64,000 bases of DNA from Lama glama (GCA_028534125.1 CM052817.1:7318001-7382000); one strand, 5' to 3'; counted from the stretch's first letter, positions 1 through 12,127 are shown. The notes: generated by a model not told the origin, from the sequence alone. Translations and numbers: made by a program.

Positions 1-218
1 TTAGATCTCCTGCTCATTTTTAGATTTGTTTTTTATTATTATTAAGTTGTATGAGAATATTTATGTATAAGAATATTTATATATTCTGGAAATTAAGCCC
101 TTATCAGTCTCATCTTTTGCAAATATTTTCTTCAGTTCTGTAGGTTGTCTTTTTGTTTTGCTTTTGGTTTCCTTTGCTGTGCAGAAGCTTGTAAGTTCAA
201 TTAGGTCCCATTTGTTTA
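1..218 (-). mobile_element. L1 ORF2 C-terminal fragment, the inverted 5' part of a twin-primed insertion; runs off the window start
   Basis: The minus-strand translation [47 protein letters not shown] matches the L1 ORF2 motif [15 protein letters not shown]...RQPTEWEKIFA...DKGLISKIYK. Confidence 0.92.
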
Positions 219-652
219 GAAGTAAGCTAGAAAGAGAAAAAAAATATGATATCACTTATATGTGGACTATAAAAAAAAGACAAACAAACTTATTTACAAA
301 ACAGAAACAGGCTCACAGACATAGAAAACAAACTTATGGTTACCAGTGGGGAAGGGGGTAGGAAGGGATAAAATGGGAGTTCAAGATTTGCAGATACAAA
401 CTAATATATATATATAAAATATAGATAATATATATATTAAATATATAAATATTTAATTAAATTAAATATATAAAAAATAGATAAACAAGAAATTCATATT
501 GTATAGCACAGGGAACTATATTCAATATCTTGTGGTAACTTATGATGAAAAAGAACATGAAAATGAATATATGTGTGTTCCTATGACTGGAGCATTGTGC
601 TTTACACCAGAAATTGACACAACATTGAAAACTGACTAGACTTTAATAAAAA
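219..652 (+). mobile_element. L1 3' end and 3' UTR, cetartiodactyl/camelid type
   Basis: Contains gatatcacttatatgtgga, acaaaacagaaacag, tatggttacc, tatagcacagggaactatattcaatatc and acaccagaaattgacacaacattg, then AATAAA and an A-rich tail. Confidence 0.9.
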
Positions 653-1104
653 TAGAGAGAGAGAAAAATGGGTATTTGGCCAATGCTGCCTACATTCAAA
701 AGGGTAATTTGAACTAGCTGAATCCCAATAATGTCCACTGGGGAGATGTGCTGTGTCTTCAGGAACTGTTCAGCTTCTCTAACTTGAAAGGACTGTATTT
801 TTTCCACAACCACCACTACAGATAGTATTCTGTTCAGAGCCTTGCATATCAACACAATTCAAATTGCACCTGCATAACTTTGAGGAGAACAAAATTGATC
901 AGAAGTTTCTGTTTAAAAGTGATAATTAAAATCAAAAGAAAATAGGTAAATTTATACTAGATCAGACTAGATACACTTTAAGAACTACTATGTACAGTTC
1001 TTATCAGTAAAGGATATCACCTTGGCACTTAAAATCAAAATTATTGTATTTTGTATTTCTAAATTCTTTATAAATTATTTAATAATAATAATAATAATGG
1101 TATA

Positions 1105-1290
1105 AAATTTCATTTTTTTGAGATCCTACTATAATTCAGAAAATGTGCAGGGGAAGTTACATATATTGCTCCAGTTAATATTCACAGTAACTATGTGGGG
1201 TAAGTAAATATCTTTATCCCTGTTTTACAGACAAGGACACTGAGATTTCTAGAAACTATAGAACTTGCTTAAGATTTCGTAACAACTAAG
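1105..1290 (-). mobile_element. MIR SINE fragment
   Basis: Antisense MIR core: tatccctgttttacagacaaggacactgag...acttgcttaagatt. Confidence 0.7.
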
Positions 1291-2189
1291 GCTTTGAAAT
1301 AAGAAAACATATTTCCAGTTTTTTCCATTTGCTACAAGAAGTCAGAAGTCCAAAATTTATATGAGATCACTCCATTTCTAACTTTCAGCAGCTAATTTAA
1401 AACACGTGTTTCACACATATATGCAGGCCAGATTTTCCCCATAGGCTGTCAGATTGTGGTCTTTATTTTTTGCAAGGATGAGTGACTGTTGTCTAATGCA
1501 ACTTTAGAAGTGCTTGGGAAGACTTTTATAACTTGCACCCCCTCCTTTGTTCATGGATGATTCTAAATCTATCACCATTGTGTATGCCCTTACACAACCC
1601 AGGAAGAATTAAAGTTTCAAAATGCCTATCCGTTTGGCAGGTACTCCTCTACCCAACCCCTGCACAAAGGAATGTTACAGGTTACATAAGATATAAATGA
1701 CTACACTTGGACTCCATGCCTAGGATGTAAAGAAGGGACCAGTGAGTGTTTACGCACGTGGAGGGAGCTCCAGTGGTGTTGGAGGAATGATGCTGGAAGG
1801 GACAACAGCATTCCAGCTTCTTCCCATTTATAACCCTAATTAACCCTTGTAGTCAGGTAGGAGAGTTAAGGAATACTTTAATTTCAGTGTGTATCCACCA
1901 GACTGGACTCAGTGTGTCTAAGTCCAGGCTTACAATTTTTCTGTAGCACCATAAGAGATTTCATATAGGACCTAATTGTTGGCATTTCAAAGGAGCAAAG
2001 TAAAATTCCTGTTTCTTATTCCTATTGTCCAGAACTGATTAAGATATAGAGAGTGAAATCGTTTAGATGAAAATCAAACTATTGATTTTATTGCTGGTGT
2101 GTATGAATTTGAGTTTGTAACTTAGATCTGTGTCTAACATAGACATTTAAACAGCTTGCTCCTGGATTTCAACACAGAGCCACTCAATC

Positions 2190-2490
2190 CTGGCTTCACA
2201 ATCATGAGGAGCTTCTAAAAACACTAACACCCAGGTTCCATCCAGCCAATTATGATTGAATTGGTCTTGGATAGAACCTGGGCTTCAGTGTACTTTGTGA
2301 AAGTTCCTCTTACGATTTTATCACATAGCTAGGAGGGAGAAAGACGTCCTGGCCTGCACCAGCGCTTCTTGAAAACTTCAGCGTGCATGTGCATCACACG
2401 AGAACTCTGTGAAAATGCTGATTCTGATTCAGTGGTGCTTGAGTGGGCCCAGCAGCGTCTGCATTGCTGGTCCCTGGTTGAAACAGTGAG
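2190..2490. mobile_element. MER5-type (hAT-Charlie) DNA transposon fragments
   Basis: MER5-like phrases ggagcttctaaaaacac...cccaggttccatcc and aaaatgctgattctgattcagtggtgcttgagtgggccc. Confidence 0.55.
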
Positions 2491-4279
2491 TGGCAGAATC
2501 TAAACCCCTGAGATGCTCTGCCTTAGGGAGACAATGGCTGGCAGTCCGTCTCCTGCCAGCTGTGCCAAAGGAACTTGCTACCTTTGCTGCCTCCCAGCTG
2601 GGGCCAGTGAGATGTAGACCTCGGTACATGTTTTTTTTAAAACATGGAACTCAACCTTGACCCTCGTAAGCTTTTGACATGGAGCCTGAGATAAAGCGTA
2701 ACGACCTCATTCTATGAGCACAAAGATCCATGCGAGGCAGGGCAGCCTTGAGCTACAGAGGAGCAGCAGTGCCTCCTTCCAGTTGCACTAATCCTGTAAG
2801 TCACAGCTTTGTGACAGATGGTGACAGAAGCAGGGGGAGCACAGAAGCCATGTCGCCAATGTTTCCAAGAGGTTTGGCCCAGAGAAGAGCGTGGGGAGAT
2901 GACAGGAACTCCTGTCACCTAGCTCGTTATAAACTGTTTTGTGTTAACCCTTGGTTAAATCTTTGCTGAGTAGATGACACCCAGGTCCTTCAATCTCTGA
3001 ATCCCAAAGTTGGCCTGTAGTACTGTAATTCCAAAGAAAAAGATTTGCAGAACTGTCATTCCAAGCTAGTGTATAATATAAGGTTATAATAAGGCTTTAT
3101 AACCTAAGACAAATCTTTAGTCTCCGACCATTTTGTTCTAGGTTAATTCACATTGAGCCTCAATTCCATTATTCCTTCTAACCTACAACCTCAACCAACT
3201 TCTGACCAAGTAGCAGAATCTTTGGGGTTTTAAGAAAACCCTCACACCACAGTTGAAAATCATGGATCTTTAAGATTTTGGAAGTAAAGTGTTAAGACAT
3301 TTATCTGGCCACAGATTTAAGTGGCACAGATGAATTCAGGTAGAGTAGCTTTCTTGGCTGTTTTTCAGTCCCTTGTTCCGACCATGAGTGTAGAGGTCTT
3401 AGTGTTCCAGAGGCAGAGGGACGGACAGTGGTCATTACTCAGTGCAAAAACTCTCTAAGCAGCCTCTTTAACCTGGGCATCCCCCTCTCCTATGTAGGAG
3501 GCAACTTTGGGCCTGACTTCATTCACCAGTTCCACAAGGCATCGATCAGTGAAGCGCTGCTGAGAAACCTCAAAAATGCCACAAGCCAAGACAGACAATT
3601 CAAGGAGGAAAAAGACACACAGTCATCAAAAGAGGTCTTTAAAAATATTTCATGTATTTACAAACTACACTGGCACTTGACTCTCTGATGACTTGGAACA
3701 GTAACAGCCTCAGAAGTGAGGAGCCTGTTTTCATCTTAGAGGAGGAGTTTATTCCATCCACACTGATTATGGGTAGTGAGATATTTCATGTATGTTCCCA
3801 TTCAAAGCCATGCCTTTATTTTTAGGGTAAACATTTTCGCTTCTCTAAAGGCATTTGCATTTTTGATTTACTGAATGCAGATTTGGTCATTTTGGGAAAT
3901 ACATCTTTAAAATCATTCTTCATTATTGACCCTAACTGGACCACTAGCCCTAAATCTGTTTCTTTATCTATAGTGAGTTAGTTATTGGTATATATCACAC
4001 AAGTGTTTTTGTAAACCATAAAATATAGTTCACCTTACTTGTCGTATGTGTTATACATTTGTATTTTCACCCTTATCATGAATTGCAGGAATATAAGTAT
4101 CTATTAAATGGATTTAGTTATAGCATGAGTTGAGAAAAATGGTATCCAGTTAAATTCTGCATCATGGATAAGGAAGCAATTAACAGTGCCTTCTGGTAAG
4201 AAGCACTTTACACGGTACACCAGTATTTCGGATTGCCTACTGAGAGAGATGACTATTTGTGTGTTAGGCTTTCGGATGG

Positions 4280-4380
4280 AAGGAGTTGCCCGCGAGCGAG
4301 TAAAGGGGATGACGGGCCATAAACGTTGCCCTAATGACTGTCTTTCTTGCCTTGCCCAGGGAAACCAACAGTTGCCTACA
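4280..4380. promoter_or_regulatory. Candidate RFX X-box cluster
   Basis: GTTGCC half-sites at 4285, 4325 and 4371, an X-box-like CTTGCCCAGGGAAAC at 4351-4365, and retained CpGs. Motif evidence only. Confidence 0.3.
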
Positions 4381-5084
4381 CCCTGGTTTGCTGGGATATT
4401 TTATTTTTAATAAATACTGATGGATAGCAAAAAAAAAAAAAAGAATAAAAGACGACTAAAAAGAAATAAAAACCTGAATTCTACAAACTGTTCTCACATT
4501 TCATTGATTTGGGTTTGAATCTGAAGTCTGCCTTTTATGTCAGGGAAGTGGTTTTCTCACTTTAAGCCCCAGAATCCTAAACTCTGAACAAGGGAAGATG
4601 TCTCATCCATCTCTGGGATCCTACACTTTGGGGAGGAAAAACCCTGAAGTGGTCAACAGATATGCAGAGTCTGGGGAAAGGCAGTAGAAGCTGTTGCAGC
4701 TGGAGCTTGGCTGGCAGCCCCTTCGCCCAGTTCCCACTCCCACCCACTCCCGTCCCATCCTTAGGCTCACTAACCTACCTCAGATGTGTTACACACAGAG
4801 CCGTCAAACTGGCCTCTAGATGAAGCATCACCAAAAATGTAATCCTTTTTTTTCCTTCCTAAAAAATATCTATTTTCAATCACCTTGTTAAGTCAGGACA
4901 GCTTCCGGGGGTCTGGCCTTGTTTGGAAATTCCGCTTCACCGCTTGAGTGCCAGACCCAACAGACACAGCCCTGCCATCTATTAACAGCATGACAAATCT
5001 GCAGCAGCCATTTCTGGAAACAGCTCCCATCCTGACGGTGAAGGATGACGGCTGAGGAACAGTCCCTCCAGTAACACTTCATCA

Positions 5085-5530
5085 TTCTTCGACATTGCTG
5101 ACACAGGCATGCACACCATGCGCACATACGCTGGGCTCGCACATGCAGGCTGACATGCGAATCAAGGAGCTTGCACTCGGGGGTACCCGTGTTCCTCTCT
5201 GCACAGGTGTTCTCACACACACACCTTTAAGTACTTAAATTTGCACACACATGCATGCAACCCTCTGCAACTGCATGTGCACAGACACGCACATTGGCAA
5301 AAGCACACACACAGAGGATCGGTCACCTGTGCACACACACCCAAGTGCACCCCTCTGGTAGCCCACAGCCTCACACACATGCTTGCAAACCCAGCAGTCC
5401 CAGAGACATGCACACAGAGTTCGCGGAGACACAATTTCTCGGACGATGTACTCCAGCGTGTGACTGCACACAGTGCAACCTGCACATGAAGGAGCTCATA
5501 CAAATACAGGCACAGACAAATACCCATACG
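5085..5530. repeat. Degenerate CA-rich (CACA/CATG/TGCA) low-complexity tract
   Basis: Repeated cacacacatgcatgca and gcacacac units; these generate the Cys/Val-rich and His/Thr-rich pseudo-ORFs on both strands. Confidence 0.8.
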
Positions 5531-5640
5531 ATGCAAGAGAGTAAAGCTGGAAAAGGCAGCTGGTTTTGCTCTGAACAATGACTATAAAATCCAGAGTAAG
5601 CAAAGCAATGCTCTTCATACCTTCTGGCTTTAATACATTT

Positions 5641-5900
5641 CACTGCGAATCCCTTTATCGGCCACCGTTCTCTTTTTTTCTTTTGCCAATCAGGGCGCTG
5701 GGATTATGTTCACATAACAAGGTCTTGGAACGTTTAGTCCAATTACTATTTCCTTGACGTGGGAAGATACTGCCTCCGATGGCGGGTTTCAGCGGCTGTT
5801 TAGCCCCGTTTACTCGGTGGGGAAACTCTTCACGATGTTCAGGCTTCGTGTGTTTCGCCACCAGTTGCTTCTATTTATGTCTTCCAGCACCTACAATCGC
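5641..5900. promoter_or_regulatory. CpG-rich, promoter-like unique segment
   Basis: 15 CpGs counted in 260 bp, GCCAATCAG (NF-Y type) at 5685-5693 and TGACGT (CRE half-site) at 5755-5760. Confidence 0.3.
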
Positions 5901-6209
5901 TTCTAACAGTTTTCAGATCACTGGTTAGAGAAGAAGAAAGGCTGCTCTTCCCAGTCTCCATATTTTTTTTTATGCCTTACAGATGTTTGGAAAACTAAAC
6001 GGCTTTATCTATTAGCTTTATTTACTCACACTGGCTTTGGGGCAAGTGAGCGGGAAAGAGGGGGGAGGAGTGTGCTGTCGTCCTCTCTGTAAGCAAGACC
6101 AGATGGAGTCAGAGAACAGAACCCCGGTAGCAGAGTGGCTTTATCTATTCAGGCTAAAGCCACACTCCTGGCATCCCGGGGGCAATCATTTAGCAGGCGA
6201 TGAAGTGAG

Positions 6210-6400
6210 GTGCGATGCATCACCGGAGTCTAGGCCGGAATTCAGGTCCCTCCACTGGGCACCTCTGTGACTCGGGGCAATGGAGCTTGAGCTCTGAGAT
6301 TTGGGTGCCTTCGGTGTGAGATGAGGATGGTAACCTCTCACTGAAGTTTTGTGACAGAGAGCGGTCGGTATAAGCTTTAGGGCGCTCAAAAATCATTAGA
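6210..6400 (+). mobile_element. MIR SINE fragment
   Basis: ggagtctaggccggaattcaggtccc...ctgtgactcggggcaa...ctctgag...gtgagatgaggatggtaac...taagctttag. Confidence 0.6.
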
Positions 6401-6590
6401 CGCTTTTATCTTTTCTTCAATTATTGTCCACAACACAATCGACTTAGGCTCTGTATTAAACCCTGAACCAGTAATCCTTACCCTATAACCGGATTCACAC
6501 GGTTACAGCCCCAAAGGGGTCATCTTATAGTCTTCCACGCCTATCTTCCCCTGAGGGGTATTGTGGGCTCCCGGACTCAACTCCAGCATG

Positions 6591-8012
6591 TGTGACGCGG
6601 GCCCTCCAGGCCAGTAAGTATCTCTGCTACCAGCTGGGTGTCCCACAGTTCAGCTCTGCTCTGACACTGTCCACCCAGAGACGGCGAAGGAGGCAGGGAA
6701 CCGGGGACAGAAACTGGGACCGGGTGCCTAGAGACTCCTTTGAAAGTTTTAAATTAACCTGTTCATAATGAACCTATAGTTGGCCTTAGTTGATACGTTT
6801 ACTTGAATGATGAAAAAGCCACCCTGAAGGAACAGAAGGGCCTGACTACATCTAATCTATGTGAGCACATTGTTCAAGGATCTAGCTTGACCACATCATT
6901 TAAGGGTCCCTAGTTACTGAATCTTGTTTTTGCAGAGTGTTCGTTCCACAGAGCAGAACAAACTGGAGTGGAAGTAGGAGAGGGCAGCCAGTGGAAAGAG
7001 GACAAGAAGCACCGAAGAAGATAGATGATAGGGCCCCGCCGAGCCCCCGGAAGCGAGGGCTCTTACATCAGGCCACCGGGGCTTGTCCCCCCACCCCAGT
7101 GTCTTTCCACTTGAGTATCTTTTCCTCTTTTTTGTTTTTGAGCAATAAAGCAACTTTCACTCTGCCCCTTTGCCTCTACTGTGAATTCTTTCAGTGCCAG
7201 AAGAGAAAACCCCACTTTTTGTGGGTCTCTCCCTTTTTGGGAATTTCCCCATCTGCTAACAATAGCACCAGCTCCCACAAGATTAAGGGTTCAGTCCTAC
7301 AAGACTGCCCACTCTCCATTGCAGATGCCCGTTGTAAGCCCTGGTTACCACCTGTGCTTCTAACCAACAGCTATGGATTCGAGGTTCCAACAGTCTCCTC
7401 CATGGACTTCAGACTCCAGGCTGTTACCTGTACTTCTGACCCGCTGGCTATAAATCAGAAGCTACCACAACCTCCTTATCAGGTTTGATTAATTTACTAG
7501 AAAGGCTCACAGAACTCAGAGACGCATTTTACTTACTAGATCACTGGGTTTATTCTGAAAGATGTAATGCAGAAACAGCCAGAAGGAAGAGATGCGTAGG
7601 GCAAGTTATGTGGGGAGGGGCATGAGCCCCCATGCCCTCTCCAAGAGTTCAACTCTCCCCAGATCCTCATGTGCTTATCAACCCAAAAGTTCTCTGAAAC
7701 CTGACCTTTTGAGTTTTTATGGAGGCTTCATTACACAGGCATAGTTTATTGAATCATTGACTTTTGGCAACTGATTCAACTTGTAGCCCTTCACCCCTCC
7801 CCAGAGGTTGGGGTGGTGGGACTGAAAGTTTTAACCCTCCATGATTGGCTCCACTGGCAACCAGCTCCCATGCTTTGATGCTTTGCAAAAGTCACCTCAT
7901 TAATCTAAGAGGCATCTTCACACTCTTAACACTTAGGAAATTCCCCTGGGAGCTGTGAGCTGTGAGCTGTGAGCAGGAACTATGGAGGAAAACTAAGCAT
8001 AAATGAGAAATG
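6591..8012 (-). mobile_element. MER21-type ERV solo LTR, split by a younger LTR
   Basis: ccagctgggtgtcccacagttcagctc...ctgacact on the left resumes after the insert as cccacaagattaagggttcagtcctacaagactgcccc...cacctgtgcttctaaccaa...gctcacagaactcag...tttttatggaggcttcattaca. Confidence 0.8.
6685..7261 (+). mobile_element. Younger solo LTR of about 577 bp, probably ERV1 class, nested in the MER21-type LTR
   Basis: Ends are CGAAGG (a TG variant) and CTAACA; AATAAA at 7144; U5-like short hairpins at about 7210-7245; degenerate 4-bp TSD ACGG/ATAG; host sequence is continuous across it. Confidence 0.75.
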
Positions 8013-8196
8013 ACCAAATTCACTGTTTTATCTCCAGTACTGAAATAAATGTCTGGCACTTAACAGATTCTCAGCAGTATTTGTTGAAATGACTCAAATA
8101 AAGTCCTCAAATATTCCCATTTGGGCCCCCTATCCTAAGCCAAAGAGAAAAAAAAATCTGAAGAACCACTCTGTTATTTCCATGAAGACTCATAAT

Positions 8197-8503
8197 TGCA
8201 ATGGTCTCCGCAAAATCCGTATGTTGAAATCTTAACCCTCAATGAAATGGTATTAGGAGGTGGATCCACTGGAAGGTGATTAGGTCATGGAGGGTGGAGC
8301 CCCCTGAATGAGATTAGTATCCTTATAATAGATGCCTCAGAAAGCACTCTTGCTCTCCTACTGCACAGCAAGAACCAAGAAGCATGGGACCAAATCTGCC
8401 AGCACCTTGAACTTGGACGTGCCAATCTTCAGAGAGATAAATGTTGGTTATTTAAGCCACCCAGTCCACAGAATTTTCATTATAACAGTATGAACTAATT
8501 AAG
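8197..8503 (+). mobile_element. MLT1A-type MaLR solo LTR
   Basis: tatgttgaaatcttaaccctcaatg...ggtattaggaggtgg...ttaggtcatg.agggtggagccc...aaatctgccagcaccttga.cttggac...tttaagccacccagt. Confidence 0.85.
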
Positions 8504-9239
8504 AAAATAATCAAAGCCTGGGGCCGTGACTCCCCATCACTCTTTCCCCAGGCCTGGCATGGCTTAGAAAAGAGGCTTAATAAGTATGTGTTACATGAAT
8601 CAGTAAAATAACAATAAGAATTCCACGTAGGAACACACACAAAAATTATAATACTGTTAAAATATCATTGTTAAAATAATCCAGTTCAATGTATCTTGCA
8701 GAGAAGCAAAGTTTTTCTTGCCCTCCCGCAATCTTACTTATCTGCTTACACAAGGAGGTCCTCTCCCTGTGCCCAAAGCATACAAAGTCTGACACATCAC
8801 CCTCTGTTTTTCTGAGAATTCACACTTTATCTCAATAATTTTATCTATTGTTTTTCTCCCTAATTGCTGTGTGCAGTAATAACTTGAGAATTCCCATCTC
8901 AAAATCATCCTCCTCACAACCTTTATCTTTCAGTCTTCAGTGAGGGTTGGCGTATTCTCCCAGGATAGCTCATAAATGTCTGAAACAAAAACAGTCGCCA
9001 GCACTCAGCCGGTAGACATCCTGAGTCCTCCTCTACATGTCTGCACCCTGTAGGGTCTCCTGTTCATCCTTTCTTAATACTGTGTCTCCTCCTACATTAA
9101 GTATTGTAGCTTTTTAAGCGCCCATGTCTTGCTCCTTTTTCTTTGTCCTGTACAAATCTCTGCATTAAAAAATCTCTGAGAGGCAGTGTAATATAGGGAA
9201 ACTCCACAGGATTTGAATTTATCTTTAAAAGATTTAAAG

Positions 9240-10556
9240 GTAACTATGACCTTGAATAACAATAGACGAGAAAGAACTGCCAAATGCACTGAAGGTCGAA
9301 GTCATCTGTTGAAAATGGTGTTTGTAATGGCAAATCTATAAAACAAAGTTAGCAAAAATAGCTCCCAAAAGGAGGTGTAAGACTTAAAGGGCAAACCCAA
9401 CACTCATTTCTTTGAGCAACTAGGGCAGGGTATGCAGACTAACTAGAAGAACATCCCTGACACCCCTTCCACAACACTGAGGTGGGGGCACAGTCAGTGA
9501 CTTCAGAAAATCTTGAAGCAGTTTCTTAGGAAGGAGGGACTTGACTTGCCCGCAACCTGGCTGCACTTGATCTCTGCTCTCTGGGAAGAAGCAAAGGCCC
9601 AAAAACTTCACAGTCATAAAATCCTGCCAAAGAAGCCACCCCATGTGGTTAGGCAAGAAAGCTTGTTGATGCAGGAACCAGTTCTGGACCCAGCATAACC
9701 CAGATTCTCCTGGAAATAGCCAGTCCTATAAGAGCCCACCCAACTCAAAGATGAGAAATCATAAAAAGGAAGCAACACAGGATCTACACAAAGATACTAC
9801 AAGAGATAAGAATAAAAGGAACAGCAACATGTGAAAGATGACTAAGTCTCACCAGAAAAATATTGCCATAGAACAGATGTAAAATATGAGCAAACACAGT
9901 CATAAATAAAATTTAAAAATACCTTTTTTTAAAAAAGTGCACTAGTAAGAAACATTAAGTTAACCAAACGAGATGAAACATGAGCTGGCAGAATGTGGGA
10001 GGTAGGTGGAAAGGAAAAGGAAAAATATCATCTCCAAAATCATGTCTGCATTGGAAGCAGCACAAAGGCAAACAGAAGCTGCCTGAAGCACAGCAAAGCC
10101 ACGAAAGACTAGAGAGATGAAAAATAAAAGGAAAATGAACAAAGAGTTTGAAAAGATTGCAGATGGCAGATATGAAGCAAAGACAAGGAAAAAAATGATT
10201 TCATGCACACACAATGAAAGGTAGCTTCAAAAATGGAATAAATATGTTTTTAAAGCTGGGATTTAATAAATATTTTCAGATGTAAAAGAAGACCTAATTA
10301 TACATGTTGAGAGGATATCCTATAACCCTAGACTTTTTGAAAAGAGAAAAGGTAAAGGTACTGGCCTTCTAAAACAAAAAAAAGAATAATTTGGGATTCA
10401 AGGCATAATGACTAGCTCATCTATATGAGAAAATAATGAGGCTAGATTCAAAATGATTCACGGCAACACTGTTAGAAGACTGGGGAACACGGTTGTAAAG
10501 CATCCTCAGGGAAACAAGAATTTTAGCCTGACTAAATTTTGGTCTGATTATGAAGT
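9240..10556 (+). mobile_element. Ancient L1 (L1M/L1ME-like) 5' and ORF1 region, part 1
   Basis: A-rich decayed ORF1-like sequence ending in gctagattcaaaatgattcac...catcctcagggaaacaagaatttt..ctgactaaatt, resembling the ORF1 PRILYPAKL region. The left boundary is approximate. Confidence 0.55.
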
Positions 10557-11337
10557 CAACATTCCTTCATTTGTTCTGAAATATTTATTGAGCACCTCTT
10601 ACTGTCTAGCATTCTAGGTGCAAGGGATGCCACCCCAGCAATAAAAATAACAACTAGCAGACTAAAATCCTGCCTCATAGAGCTTGCATTCTCATTGGAG
10701 ACAAAAAGAGAGTAATGAATGAGAGAAAGCCCTATATACATATAATGGGAGGAGGCGATGGGTGGTAAATGCTCAAGGAAGTACATAGAGATTGTCAAAA
10801 GCAGTGCTATTTGACCAGAAAGCCTTAATGAGATGGGCTACGTGAGGAAGTTAGGAATGAGGAAAGGGGTCAAGCCTTGTACATATCCAGTGAAATAATA
10901 TTTTAAGCAAAGAGAATAGTTAGTACCAGGTCCTAAAGCATTAATGTGCGTGGAATGTTCAGGAAACCAGACAAAAGTCAGTATGACTGGAACAGGGTGA
11001 GGAGGAAGCAACGGGGAGAAGATGAGGTCAGGAAGGCAACATGGAAAGGCTACTTCTATGTTGGCTATTTTAAGGGTTTGAAGTTTTACTCTGAGGTGGG
11101 AAGTCATTGGAGTGCTTTAAGATGAGTGGCACGTTCTCTTGCATATTTTAATTCCCTTGTTCTGACTTCTGTATTACAGAATGACGGAAGGCAAACATGG
11201 GGTGTCTATTTTGGAGGCTATTAAATAATGTGAGTTAAAGCTGAGGGAGCCTTGAACCTAAGAGGTAGCCGTGTAAGCAGGGAGAACCAACAGGACTTAC
11301 TTATGAATGGAATGTAGAGTCTGAAAACAAGAAAGAA
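10557..11337 (-). mobile_element. L2 3' portion, left segment
   Basis: Antisense L2 tail cattccttcatt...aaatatttattgagcacct..tactgt, then cctgcctcatagagcttgcattct and ttttactctgaggtgggaagtcattggag. Confidence 0.85.
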
Positions 11338-11339
11338 GC

Positions 11340-12127
11340 TCTAATCCATCATTGGTGGAACAGAAAACGGTATAGTCACTTTGGAGGGCACTTTGACATT
11401 TTCTTACAAAACTGAACCTACTCTTACCATCAGGTGTAGTCACTGTGCTCTGATATTTGCCAAAAGGCATTAAAAACTTCAAACCTTACATGTAGATATT
11501 TAGAGTTTTATTCATAATTGCCAACACCTGGAAGCAACCAAGATGTCCTTCAATAGACAAGTGGATAAATAAACTGCAGTATACCCAGACAATGGCACAT
11601 TATTTAGTGCCAAAAATAAATGAGATCTCAAGCCATAAAAAGGCATGGAGGAACCTTAAAGGTGTATTACTAAGCAGAAGAAGCCAATCTGAATAGGCTG
11701 CATACTGTGTGATTCCAACTACAGGACATTCTGGAAAAGGCGAAACTATGGAGATAGTTTAAAAAATAAATAAATACGTGATCGTCAGGAGTTAAGAGAG
11801 AGGGATGGATGAATAGGGAGAGCATAGAGGACTTTTAAATCAGTAAAACTACTCTGTCTAAGGGTATAAACGTGGAAATATGGCAATACATATTTACTCA
11901 AACCCATAGAATATACAACAGCAACAGTGAACCCCAGTGTAAACTACAGGCTGAGTGATAATGACATGTCACTGTGGGGCCATCAGTTGTAACAAGTATA
12001 CCACTCTAGTGGGGGACGTTGATGGGGAAGCTACGCATGCAGGAAGTCAGGGGCACCTATGCGCCTTCTGCTCAATTTTGCTGTGAATCTAAAACTGCTT
12101 TAAAAAAATAAAGCCTATTCAAAAAGT
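11340..12127 (+). mobile_element. L1MC1-like 3' end inserted into the L2
   Basis: ggaagcaaccaagatgtccttcaatag...catggaggaaccttaaa...aagaagccaatctgaa...aaacccatagaatatacaac...ttctgctcaattttgctgtgaatctaaaactgct...aataaa plus an A tail. Confidence 0.85.

Noticed and set aside
3428..3688. 86-aa ORF and exon-like segment after ctcctatgtag
   Set aside because: Non-ATG start, no convincing donor, and no recognisable protein in the frames I translated on either strand.
4888..5643. Overlapping Cys-rich and His-rich ORFs resembling metallothionein or keratin-associated proteins
   Set aside because: They are translations of the CA/TG low-complexity tract, which is open in most frames because it has few stops.
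5810..5920. Possible coding terminal exon on the minus strand (DLKTVRSDCRCWKT* or VLEDINRSNWWRNTRSLNIVKSFPTE*)
   Set aside because: I cannot assign either peptide to a known protein, and no upstream coding exons were found.
6937..7488. 183-aa ORF
   Set aside because: It crosses the junction of two unrelated LTRs and has a non-ATG start; a chance ORF.
7951..7974. (AGCTGTG)3 short tandem repeat
   Set aside because: Local slippage inside the MER21-type LTR; there are no spacers, so it is not array-like.
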